Translations under genes and position numbers: made by a program
Notes under the pieces: model-generated
Seen by the model: the letters and a program-made list of their open reading frames with translations, nothing else
What the model was told of the DNA's origin: nothing
Database searches by the model: none
Assembly: GCA_010909165.1 (NCBI GenBank)
Contig: MU008189.1
Location: forward strand, 612,076-676,075
Source: Anthoceros angustus
Lineage: Eukaryota > Plantae > Anthocerotophyta
Reading direction: 5' to 3'
DNA: 64,000 nt
Shown: one piece after another, positions 1-11,699 of the stretch
How positions within the stretch are numbered: position 1 is the stretch's first letter
Layout of the letters: each line of letters starts with the position of its first letter

Positions 1-173
1 GACAAGAAGCGGGATTATTTGTCGACCACTTGCTCCTTCATGAAGTGGTCGAAGATCGATTAGCGAATTCTCTCGATGTTGTGTGAAGAGAGGTTGAACT
101 TGATTTCCTCGCCTCGGCCCTCTAATCTCACCATTTCGGTCCATCTTTATGTTTACGCTAACTGCCCCGCTGA

Positions 174-3100
174 GGTGGAGATTGTAGCCTCCCTCCACAT
201 GTGGAAGCCGTTAGGGAGGTGAAATGGAAGGAGGAGCCCAAGGAGGAAAAATCGGATAGCCGGGGAGTGGCATGGGCCTGGAGGAGGAGAAGGAAATTCC
301 ACCAAAGAAAAGGAGGAAGACCGGGGTGAAAGCATCGCAAAAAAGGTGAAGGCGGATGCGCCACTGTGTCGAAAACGGCCACAGAAATGAAAGCCAAACC
401 AGCTTGAGGTGGCAGGAGGCGCGATCCGAGGACAATTTTGCCGACTGGATGCGTATGATGAATCAACTCCGAGGGTTTAGGGTCGACCCTCCTCAAAGAT
501 GGGAAGAGATTTTCAAGGGACTCCACCGGCAACAGAGGTGGATGCAACCGAATTGGTGAGGGTGCGCACTGGGGAGGAAAGTTCTCGACGGAGGGATGGC
601 GTCGCCGCAACACAACAAGTGGACTTGGTGAGCCGACCACGCCGATGATCCGGGCCCAAGCATTTGTTGGATCAAGCGGCTTTAGCTCTCACCGCTCAAG
701 CAGGGGCGACGGAGGAAGTGGTGAAGGCTGTTTGACGAAGAGGAGGCCAAGCGCAAGCAATCGGAGGAAGACAAGCGGAACCTAGAGGAAATAAGGGCCA
801 AGATTCAAGAAGATTTGTGCAGGCCGGGAGAAGTTGCAAGCCATGACGAGCAGGAAGCACTCATGGCTCAAATTAAGGATGCCACGAGGCGAACCAGAGA
901 TGCAGGGGAGTTGTTGCGAGCCAGAGCGAGGCGGCCTCGGTGGAAAAGGCCCATAAGCTAGCGGAGCGATATAAGCGAGCGGATGAGGCACGTGGCCGGG
1001 CGAGAAAAGACAAAGGGAAGGCGGGGTAGCAGGACCACGGCGAGTAGCGGAAGGCCTACCGAGCGGAAGGAAGCGGCAGAGGTAGGAAACCTCACCTACA
1101 TGTTCTTTGAGCGACGCTGGAGTCCACTACGCGGTGGAAACCTACCGACATTGGCGCAACCAACCGGGCAGGCGGGCGGGCGGCAGGATGCGACGTGGCG
1201 CCTCGCGAGGACATAGGCCGAGCAACGTGTGTAGCCTACGGGAGGAGGGGTAAGCACCTCGGTGCAGGGGTCCTATTATATTACGGCACATGGATGAGGA
1301 AACTTATGTGCCCCGGTCTATATGTGAATGGAGAACGCGTGCTTAACCTCACCGCCCATGTGCGTGTGGAAATAGGAGGGATCGGGGCCTACCTGCAAGT
1401 GAGGACCCGGCGCATACTTCTACCGCGCGGGTGTGGGGTTGGCTCCCTATGCGGAGGCGACTTTGGAGGAGTTGAGCGAGGAGGAGGTCCAGCTTGGGTG
1501 GACGAGGAGCCGTTAATCCTCAGCAATAGGCGGCCAGCGGAAGATGCGGAAGCCCCAGGGCAGGGTACACCTCAAATTCGGACGTCCAGCAGTGACAGTG
1601 AGGTGGAAGTAGTGTGGGAGAACCTGTCCGACCAGCGGCGTGGCAGGAGAGCTCGTGGCGGCAGCAATGGAGGACGTAGGGCCAGACGGCCAAGTCGAGG
1701 TAGGGCGCGCAGATAGCGTAGGCTGAGGTGGTAGCAACCTAAAGATAATTTGGTTAGGATGCTGCACTGGACCTAGGATCGCTCCGAATTGTGGGCGCGT
1801 CCCTTCGATAGCCATCTTAGGACCTAAAAATCCGGGGCAGGGTGCCCCAGCCGATGTATAAGAGGGGCGAATTAGGTCCCTCACGTCAGATAATTCCTGG
1901 TTGAGATCCCCACGCTGCCTGTGGCTGGTTGGAGACGTCCGTCCAGGTTGAGGCGGTGCGAGGCGCTCCTAGGGGTGGTCGAGAGCTTGCTCCGGGGGGA
2001 GGAGGGGTGATAAAGCAATCTTGGCGACAAAGGAGGAGGAAACCAAGGGATTGGCGCGGGCGGTCCGGAGCTTGCTCGTGCCCGTGACGCCGGGGTTCTT
2101 CTTTCCTTCACACTTGTCCCGCTAGTTGTGTTCAATTAGAGAAGTGTTGAGTGGATGGTTGGAAGCCTGGGCGAGTTGAGGGAGAGAGAGAGAGAGAGAG
2201 AGAGATTGGGTGAAGGAGTGACTAAACCAGCGCGATGCGAGGTGTGAGAGGGTTGAGAAGGAACTAATTGAGAGACTAGCGGTGGAGATTGTAGCCTCCC
2301 TCCACATGTGGAAGCCGGTTAGGGAGGTGAATGGAAGGCGGAGGAGCCCAAGGAGGAAAAATCGGATAGCTGGAGTCGGTGGCGGCGGTTCGGAGGAGGA
2401 GAAGGAAATTCCACCAGAAAAGGAGGAAGACCGGGGTGAAAGGCGGGCATCGTGAAAAGGTGAAGGCGGATGCGCGCGTCACCAGTCAGCAGGCGCCCGC
2501 TACAGAAATGAAAAGCGGCGGTTGGAGGTGGCGGAAGAGGCGCGATCCGAGGACAATTTTGACACGGATGCGGATGATGAATCAACTCCGGAGGGTTTAG
2601 GGTGACCTCGAGGCGGACCCTCCTCGGCATGGGAAGAGATTTTCAAGGGACTCCAGCAGCGGTGGATGCAACCGGTGAGGGTGCGCACCTTCTGGGAGGA
2701 AAGTTCTCGACGGAGGGATGGCGCGGCCGGGGGCCACAACAAGTGGACTTGCGGGAGCTGACCACGTCGATGATCCGGGCCCAAGCGGTTGTTGGATCAA
2801 GCGGCTTTAGCTCTCACGGCTCGGTGCAGGCGGGCGGAGGAAGTGGTGAAGGCCAGTTTGTGAAGAGGAGGCCAAGCGCAAGGAGGAAGACAAGCGGAAC
2901 CTAGAGGAAGGGCCAAGATTCAAGAAGATTTGTGCAGGCCGGGAGAAGTTGCAAGCCATGACGAGCAGGAAGCACTCATGGCTCAAATTAAGGATGCCCA
3001 CGAGGCGAACCAGAGATGGGAGTTGTTGCGAGCCCAGGCGAAGCGGCCTCGGTGGAAAAGGCCCATAAGCTAGCGGAGCGATATAAGGAGCGGGATGAGG

Positions 3101-4339
3101 CACGTGGCGGGGCGTAAAAGACAAAGGGAAGGCGGGTGTGACCACGGCGAGTAGCGGAAGGCCTACCGGAAGGAAGCGACCAGGTGGCGAAACCTCACCT
3201 ACGCGTTCTTGAGCGACGCAGTCGTGGAGTCCACTACCGCATGAGTCGACGCTACCGACATTGGGCACGGGCGGGCGGGCGGCGATGCGGCGTGCCTCGC
3301 GAGGACATAGGCCGAGCAACGTGTGTAGCCTACGGGAGGAGGGGTAAGCACCTCAGTGCGGGGGTCCTATTATATTACGGCACATGGATGAGGAAACTTA
3401 TGTGCCCCGGTCTATATGTGAATGGAGAACGCGCTTAACCTCACTCCATGTGCGTGTGGAAATAGGAGGGATCGGGGCCTACCTGCAAGTGAGGACCCGG
3501 TGCATACTTCTACCGCGCGGGTGTGGGGTTGGCTCCCTATTATGCGGAGGCGACTTTGGAGGAGTTGAGCGAGGAGGAGGTCCAGCTTGGGTGGACGAGG
3601 AGCCGTGTAATCCTCGGCAATAGGCGGCCACGGAAGATGCGGAAGCCCAGGCGGTACACCTCAAATTCGACGTCAGCGTGGCGGTGAGGTGGAAGTAGTG
3701 TGGGAGAACCGTCCAGGCCGTGGCGGAGAGCTCGTGGCGGCAGCAATGGAGGATGAGGGCGGCAGCCAAGTCGAGGTAGGGCGCGAGATAGCGTGAGGTG
3801 AGGTGGTAGCAACCTAAAGATAATTTGGTTAGGATCTTGCCGACCTAGGATCGCTCCGAATTGTGGCGCGTCCCTTCGATAGCCATCTTAGGACCTAAAA
3901 ATCAGGCGGTGCCCCGGCCGATGTATAAGAGGAATTAGGTCCCTCACGCCGATAATTCTGGTTGAGATCCCCACGCCTGTGGCTGGTTGGAGACGTCCGT
4001 CCAGGTTGAGGCGGTGCGAGGCGCTCCTAGGGGTGGTCGAGAGCTTGCTCCGGGGGGAGGAGGGGTGATAAAGCAATCTTGGCGACAAAGGAGGAGGAAA
4101 CCAAGGGATTGGCGCGGGCGGTCCGGAGCTTGCTCGTGCCCGTGACGCCGGGGTTCTTCTTTCCTTCACACTTGTCCCGCTAGTTGTGTTCAATTAGAGA
4201 AGTGTTGAGTGGATGGTTGGAAGCCTGGGCGAGTTGAGGGAGAGAGAGAGAGAGAGAGAGAGATTGGGTGAAGGAGTGACTAAACCAGCGCGATGCGAGG
4301 TGTGAGAGGGGTTGAGAAGGAACTAATTGAGAGACTAGC
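174..4339. repeat. Two tandem copies (~2.1 kb; 174-2280 and 2281-4339) of an unclassified TE-like repeat ('A')
   Basis: Both copies begin GGTGGAGATTGTAGCCTCCCTCCACATGTGGAAGCC and run colinearly, including the (GA)n tracts at ~2183 and ~4240. They differ mainly by small indels. Confidence 0.9.
300..1230 (+). pseudogene. Frameshifted charged/coiled-coil ORF (gag-like or TE accessory protein); second copy ~2400-3320
   Basis: Stitching frames from both copies gives EEIFKGLQQRW...LLDQAALAL...FDEEEAKRKQSEEDKRNLEEIRAKIQEDL...AASVEKAHKLAERY. No family motif recognised. Confidence 0.3.
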
Positions 4340-6805
4340 GGTGGAGATTTGTGTGAATCCAAAAGAAACCAAACGGTGCCTGGTGGAAGTGCGCAAGGGG
4401 AACAGTTCCCTTGTAAAATAATGTGTGGCGCCTTTGTGTGTGTGGAGCGGTGAGGATTTGTGGAATTTAGGTCCCTAGGAATCGGTGTGTGTGTGCATGA
4501 AGTGTGGAGTGCAGAATAAGCGGATCCGTGCCGCAGTGACGCCCGTGGCGAGATCCGGCGTCAGAAATAAGTCGCTAGGGTTTGGGTGTGGGACCCACCT
4601 CGTGGTCGAAGCAACTACCGGTGAGAGCCACCGCGGTCGTGGAATGAGATTTTGTCGTGGAATAAGAGGCGTGGTGGCTAGACAAGTCGGGGTAGTAGTG
4701 GTTGAGTAGATAGGTAAGAGGAGTAATAGCAAGTAAGTCTTGACTTAGGTGAAGGTCGATGTGATAGAAGTTAGCGTCTCTTGGCACAAACCATTCCCTT
4801 GGGAGGCGAATCCTAAGCCTAGCGACATTGAGGGGCGAATTAGGTCCCTCACGCCGATAATTCTGGTTGAGATCCCCACTGTGGCTGGTTGGAGACGTCC
4901 GATGAGAGGCGGTGTGCGAGGCGCTCCTAGGGGTGGTCGAGAGCTTGCTCCCGGGGAGGAGGGGTGATAAAGCAATCTTGACAAAGGAGGAGGAAACCAG
5001 ATTGGCGCGGGTGGAGCTTGCTCGTAACGCCGTGGCCTGGGGTTCTTCTTTCCTTCACACTTGTCCCTAGTTGTGTTCGAATTGAGAAGTGTTGAGTGGA
5101 TGGTTGGAAGCTGGGCGAATTGAGAGAGAGAGAGGAGAAGATTGGGTGAAGGAGTGACTAAACATGCAGCGATGCGAGGTGTGAGGAGTTGAGAAGGGAA
5201 CTAATTGAGACTAGCGGTGGAGATTTGTGAATCCAAAAGAAACCAAACCGGTCTTGTGGTGGAAGCGTGCAAAACAGCGTTCCTTGTAAAGTGTGAGTGT
5301 GGCTGTGTGTGTGTGTGGAGCGGTGAGGGATTTGTGGAATTTAGGTCCCTAGGAATCGGTGTGTGTGTGCATGAAGTGTGGAGTGCGAATAAAGCCGGAT
5401 CCGACGCGGCGGTGGGCCGTGGCGAGATCCGCGCGTCGAAATAAGTCGCTAGGGTTTGGGTGGGACCCACCTCGTGGTCGAAGCAACTACCGGTGAGAGC
5501 CACCGCGGTCGTGGAATAAGATTTAGTCGTGGAATAAGAGCTGGTAGAGGAGTCGGGGTAGTAGTGGTTGAGTAGATAGGTAAGAGGAGTAATAGCAAGT
5601 AAGTCTTGACTTAGGTGAAGGTCGATGGCGATAGAAGTTAGCGTCTCTTGGCACAAACCATTCCCTTGGGAGCGAATCCTAAGCCTACAACGACATTGAG
5701 GGCGAATGTGGACCTCACGGTGTCCCTGGACACGAATCCACACTCCACACCTACATTTTCCAAAATTCGACATTTATGATGGTGGTTTTTAATGGCCAAC
5801 CTTTTGAAGACGACAATGTTTCACAATGTTTTGCAGAGAAGCAAGAAAATAAATAGAATAGATGATTTGTCCTTGAGTAATGAAAGCACATCGGATGTGT
5901 CGAACACAAGTATAAGAGGCATCTGCGCTTGCGAGCCTAGTGAGGCAGTATCTGAAGAAGAAAGAGGGCTGATCGCCATGGGGTTTTGACCAAATGGTGA
6001 GTATTTCGGTGAGGCTCGAAGGAGGACATGTCTATACCTTTGTGGCGCCCACAGGTGGCGGCTAGGTGTTCGAGACGAACTATAGCCAAGCTTGCGAGAT
6101 TTTGAATTTAAGATCGACTTGCTCCATGTGCCACCCATGGATAGATTAAGGTTGAAAGCGATGCGGACTTGACAAGAAGAAATGTAAGCTCAAGAGTTTG
6201 ATCAAGAACGGTTGAGGAGGCCTCACCATCCTTTACCTTGTCCAATTCTCATGAGCCTAATCTGCTGATCTAAGTGCGGCTTATCTCTACGGAGGGGCCG
6301 GTCGGGCAGGGTATGCTGTGCAGGATTGCTCGAATCACGGGGTTTGAAAAGAGAATTGATGTGAGTGTGGCGCCTTTGTGTGTGTGGTGAGGGATTTGTG
6401 GAATTTAGGTCCCTAGGAATCGGTGTGTGTGTGCATGAAGTGTGGAGAAGCCGATCCGCGGCACGTGACGCCTGCGGGGATCCGCGGCGGAAATAAGTCG
6501 CTAGGGTTTGGGTGTGGGACCCACCTCGTGGTCGAAGCAACTACCGGTGAGAGCCACCGCGGTCGTGGAATAAGACGGCGTGGAATAAGAGCTGGTAGCT
6601 AGACAAGTCGGGGTAGTAGGCTGAGTAGATAGGTAAGAGGAGTAAGCAAGTAAGTCTTGACTTAGGTGAAGGTAAGAGCGATAGAAGTTAGCGTCTCTTG
6701 GCACAAACCATTCCCTTGGGAGGCGAATCCTAAGCCTACAACGACATTGAGGGGCGAATGTGGACCTCACTGTCCCCTGACACGAATCCACACTCCACAC
6801 CTACA
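4340..6805. repeat. Mosaic of duplicated segments: 'B' (~0.5 kb, three copies near 4350, 5225 and 6365), the tail of A (4830-5225) and a duplicated copia gag start (5756-6360)
   Basis: Repeated landmarks such as ATAAGTCGCTAGGGTTTGGG...GGACCCACCTCGTGGTCGAAGCAACTACCGGTGAGAGCC at ~4567, ~5440 and ~6493. The B copies at ~5225 and ~6365 end ...CACTCCACACCTACA (5755, 6805). Confidence 0.85.
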
Positions 6806-8895
6806 TTTTCCAAAATTCGACATTATGATGGTGGTTTTAATGGCCAACCTTTGAAGACGCATAATGTTTCACAATGTTTTGCGAGAAGCAAGAAAATAAA
6901 TAGAATAGATGATTTGTCCTTGAGTAATGAAAGCTTGATGTAGTCGAACACAAGTATAAGACAAGACGCTCGCCACCGCGAGCCCTAGTGAGAGCCAAAT
7001 GTATAAGAAAGAGGGCTGGCCCGCCTGAATGGGGTTTTGACCAAATGGTGAGTATTTCAAAGGAGGCTCAAGGAGGACATGTCTATACCCACCGTGACGC
7101 CCACAACAAATGTGGCGCAATGTAGGTGTTCGAGACGAACTATAGCCAAGCTTCGCCAGAGATTTTGAATTTAAGATCCGACTTGCTCCATGTGCCACCC
7201 ATGGATAGATTAAGGTTGAAAGCGACGGACTTGACAAGAAGAAATGTAAGCTCAAGAGTTTGATCAAGAACGTTGAGGAGGCCTCACCATCCTTTACCTT
7301 GTCCAATTCTCCACTACGGGGCCCAATGCCGCAGATCTGGCGGCTTATCTCCGACACGAGGCTGTGTCGGCTGACAGGTATGCCCGCCGTCCGGGATTGC
7401 TCCGATCAAGGGGTTTGAAAAGAGAATTGATATGAGTGTTGGTGCGGTGGCACAAGCAACTTGAACGAAAGTGCTTGCCTACACAAGTATTGACGCAACC
7501 CTCTCCAAACCCGGTGTATTGCACCTCTTTGGAGTATAAGTGCGACGTTCGGTGCACTCCGACTCTTTGGAGCATAAGTCGCTATCATCCAAGCCACTTG
7601 GTACAAAGGTGTGTCTCATTTGTGCGGACGGTGGGCACATTAGGTCTTCTTTTGGGCTCGGATGCATGGGGCTGTGGGTTCGCAAATCACGAAAACGATT
7701 GAAATGAGACATGTGCATTTACGGATGGTTGGGGCCAAAATGGGGTTGGAGACAAACCCCTATCTTTGAGAACACTTACCTCGAGTTGAATGGAGCCGTC
7801 ATGGAGGAAGAGGCCTCACGTGGCTCGGTCAAGACATCATATGCAGAACTCAAGGCCGAGCCTCTTCGTGATAAAAGGAAGAGGAAGGGGAAGAGGCGGT
7901 ACCAACTGGCGGCGGCTCTCATATGGCAATAATAGACCCTCATCATCTCGCAGCACCAGTGAGAAAAGGCACTTGTCATTGGTGTCAACTGGAAGGACAT
8001 TATGAAAGGGAATGTTGAAAGAAAAAGGCTAGGGCGCCTAGAAGAGGTCCCCCACCCACTTCAAATGTGGCATACAAGGCACCAGGGCTAGCGCTATTAG
8101 CTGTCTACTTGACCTCTAGAAATAACATGCATATGAGTGGTTAGGGTATAGTCCACCTTACGTGTGCTGGAGGTGAAGTCTTGCAACTTGACTATGTTTA
8201 TCATGTACCACAAATGGCTAAAAATCTTGTTTCTGTTAGACAGCTCACTATGTCACAAAGATACAATGTAAACTTCAGCAGTCAGACCTGTGCTATTCAA
8301 GATGTTAGCAACTCCACAAAAAAAAAATTGTATGAAGGAAGGCTGTTTCATGACCTTGATCGTCTTGAATTGGAGTCCTCCCCAATCTCTAACCTTGCAC
8401 GATTCAACAAAGCACAGTTATCAACCTTGTGGCGCTCTGATTAGCTCATATCAACTCACGAAATTCCTCAAACTAAGTTCTAGCAATCTTTATGAAGACA
8501 CATTACCTACCTTAGCTGTCGCTTCTTTCTTTGAGCTATGTATTCCAAGAGTCGAAGTTTACCTTTTCCAAATTAGACGCAATACGAGCTACACATCCGT
8601 TGGAACTGGTCCACACGGATTTGAGTGGCCCTATGTCAGGCCCTTTATTTAACCACTCATTGTTTTTCATGCGGATCGTGGATGATGCCACGAGGATAAC
8701 TTATACCTATTTTCTGCGACACAAGTCAGAGGTAGTTGACAAATTTGAGGAGTACATAGACATGGCCGAATGGCAACTAGGCACTCGCCTGAAGACAGTA
8801 CGTAAAGATGGGGGAGGCGAATTTATTGCAGGCCATTTTACTCAGCTTTGTGTATCCAAAGGCATCCTTATGCAGAGGAGTGTACCATATTCTCA
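6806..8895 (+). mobile_element. Ty1/copia LTR retrotransposon, 5' fragment (gag zinc knuckle, protease region, GAG-pre-integrase, rve integrase core), degraded
   Basis: CCHC knuckle CHWCQLEGHYEREC at 7974-8015; VYHVPQMAKNLVSVRQL; LWRYRLAHIN (copy 2); HPLELVHTDLSGPM...IVDDATRITYTYFLRHKSEV...VRKDGGGEF; truncated after GILMQRSVPYS. Confidence 0.9.
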
Positions 8896-8904
8896 GGCTC
8901 CGCC

Positions 8905-11085
8905 CTCCTTCAACAGTGTCTCTCTGGATAGGGGTTATTTTCCATTTAAGGGGTTTGGGTCCCTAAAGACCAAAAAATGACCCCCGAAAACAGACCAAAA
9001 TGCATCATCGTTAGCAAAAGAACTCTTTAGACATGTACTGAAAGACATTGACCATGTTATTTTCTCGCAAACACTTACGCTAACAGGGTTTAAGCTGAAG
9101 AAGGTTCGCGGATTTCATCTTCACAAGGAAGGGATTTCATGGATTTTTAATAGGTGCTAGGAATCCTAAACACCTCTTTCGCAAGCGATAGTACTTCCTA
9201 GCTGGGTGAACAGCAGGCAAACCAAACCAAACTAGCTCAGCAAGCCAAACTGCGCCGGACGTCCGGCGCAACCAACACGTAAAAGAAGCAATCATAAGCC
9301 GAAGAAACAGCTGGCAAGGCGCAGTGTGAGAGAACATTAATCAATAGTCTGATCATGGCCATCTCGAGAGGAACAAACTATGACTCTAGAAAGTAACGCT
9401 GGACGTCTGGTGCACTGTGAGTACACAAACCGTGGGATCTCCATTGTTAGAGTGAAAAACAGAGGAAGGAATTGGAACAATGCCCGACGTTGGCACATTG
9501 GTGCGATCTGCTAAAACTCTGTGACGTCCAACGCCGCCTGAGACCCCAATCTTGGCAAGGCGTCCAGATGGAAGTAGGAGTAGATGCACGCCAAAACGTC
9601 CTCAATGTATATATATTGTTTGTATCTACCCAAACAATGTCCGTTTAGTAAGGGTGTAGATAAGCACAATGGCTTAAAGACTCCAAGGTTAAGAACCCTT
9701 GGGCCGGATCAGTTCTTGGATGGGGTGCTTATTTTTGGTGCCTTGAGAACTCCAGGGTTTAGCTCTCTTACGTTGGATTAGTACTAGGATGGTTTGCTTG
9801 TTTTTGTTGCTTTGAAAACTTTGTAAAACTCAAATGAAGCAACCTAGAGGCGGATTAATGCGGGATGGAGTGTTGATTTTTAATGGGTTTGAAAAATTTG
9901 TAAATCATCCGTTCTAGGCATAAAGTCATGAATATTATTTTTGAAAATCATTTGTTGTTTGATGTTATGTTCCACATTGATTTGTATACAAAAGCGTCTC
10001 GGCATAGGGGTTATTCTCCATTAAAGGGGTTTGGGTGCCTAAAGACCAAAAAATGACCCCTGAAAACGGGCCAAAATGCTTCATCTTTAGCAACACCACT
10101 CTTTAGACATGTACTGAAAGACATTGACCATGTTATTTTCTCGTGAATACTTATGCTAACAGGGTTTAAGCCGAAGAAGGTTCGCACATTTCACCTTCAC
10201 AAGGAAGGGATTTCAAGGATTTTTAATAACTACTAGGAATCCTAAACACCTCTTTCGCAGGCGATAGTACTTCCTAGCAGGGTGAACAGTAGGCAAACCA
10301 AACAAAACTAGTCCAGCAAGCCAAGCGCCGGACGTCCGTAACCAACACATAAAAGTAGCAATTAAGCGAAAAACAAGCTGCCGGACGTCCGGCGCAATTG
10401 TGAGAGAACATTATAGCATCATGGCCATCTCGAGAGGACCAAACTCGACTCTAGAAAGTAGCTGGGCGTCGGTGCACTTGAGTACACAACCAGGATCTCC
10501 ATTGTTAGAGTGAAAAACATAGAAGGAATTGGAGCAATCACGTTGGGCACATTGGCGAGTCTGCTAAAACTGCGGACGTCCGGCGCATTTTGAGACCCCA
10601 ATCTTGCGGGCGTCCAGCGAGATGGAAATGGTGGAGTGGATGCGCCGGACATCTGGGGCAAATGTATATATATTGTTTGTATTCCATGTATAGCTTCTGC
10701 TCGGGTAAGTATGGAGATAGACACACACTAGCATAAGAACTCCAAGGTTAAGCACCCCTAAGTCGGATCAGTACCAGGATGGGGTGCTTGACTTTGGTGC
10801 TTTGAGAGCTCCACGGTTAAGCACTCCTGGGTCAGAATAGTACTAGGATGGGTTGCTTATTTTTGGCGCTTTGAAAACTTTGTAACAACTCCACTGTTAA
10901 GCAATCTAGAGGCGTATCAATACCAAGATGGAGTGTTGATTTTTAGTGGTTTGAAAAATTTGTAAATCATCCCGGTATCTAGGCGTAAAGTCATGAATAT
11001 TATTTTTGAAAATCATTTGTTGGTTGATGTTATATTCCCACATTCACTTTGTATACAACATGTAAAACCTTTTTGGCCTTACTCT
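8905..11085. repeat. Non-coding 'D' element: two ~1.08-kb tandem units rich in GGACGTCC palindromes; appears to continue at 20648-20750 beyond the inserted DNA transposon
   Basis: ATAGGGGTTATT at 8928 and 10004 (period ~1076). Both units end in GAATATTATTTTTGAAAATCATTTGTTG. No coding motif seen. Confidence 0.8.
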
Positions 11086-11699
11086 ATATGGGTGCAAGCA
11101 CGGTTAGGTAGACCACATTATGTGGGGACGGACGCAACGTGGAAATATGTCCACATGTGGACATATTTACCTTCCAAAAACTCTCCTCGCTAGAATAATG
11201 ATCAAGTGATTCAAGTTTTTTCCCAAAACTAAGAGCATGGCAACAAGTCCACAGAAATGCCCGATCTTAAGGATATGATTTTGCATTTGGTATTTAATTA
11301 TTTGATCATGGATGGACAAGTGAGCTTTGGATACAAAAGTGAGCACAAGACACACAACCCAAGCTCATTTGAATTTCAAAATTCAAGTGAACACGAGAAC
11401 ACTAAAAGTGAGTCTTTGTCACCGAAGTTGGAACTTGTTCAAATTTCAAAGTTTGGAATAAGCGGAATTTCAAAGTTGTACCACGCGAATTTCAAGAGCG
11501 TTGTCAAGTGAACATGGAACAAAAGTGAAGCATGGTCACAAACAATAAACTTGTTTGTATTTCAAAGTTTTGTCTAAGCGGGATTTTCAAAAGATGGTAA
11601 GTACCCATGTTGGTGCGGCACTTGTCACCAATGAGAGCATAACACGCCATCTTCACGCCTGCGAGACCTTTCACCACCGCTGCGCTTGAGGCGCTCGGT

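Noticed and set aside
22-52. 10-bp perfect hairpin TCGACCACTT...AAGTGGTCGA as a Helitron 3' end
   Set aside because: No CTRR terminus follows and the context is cut by the window edge.
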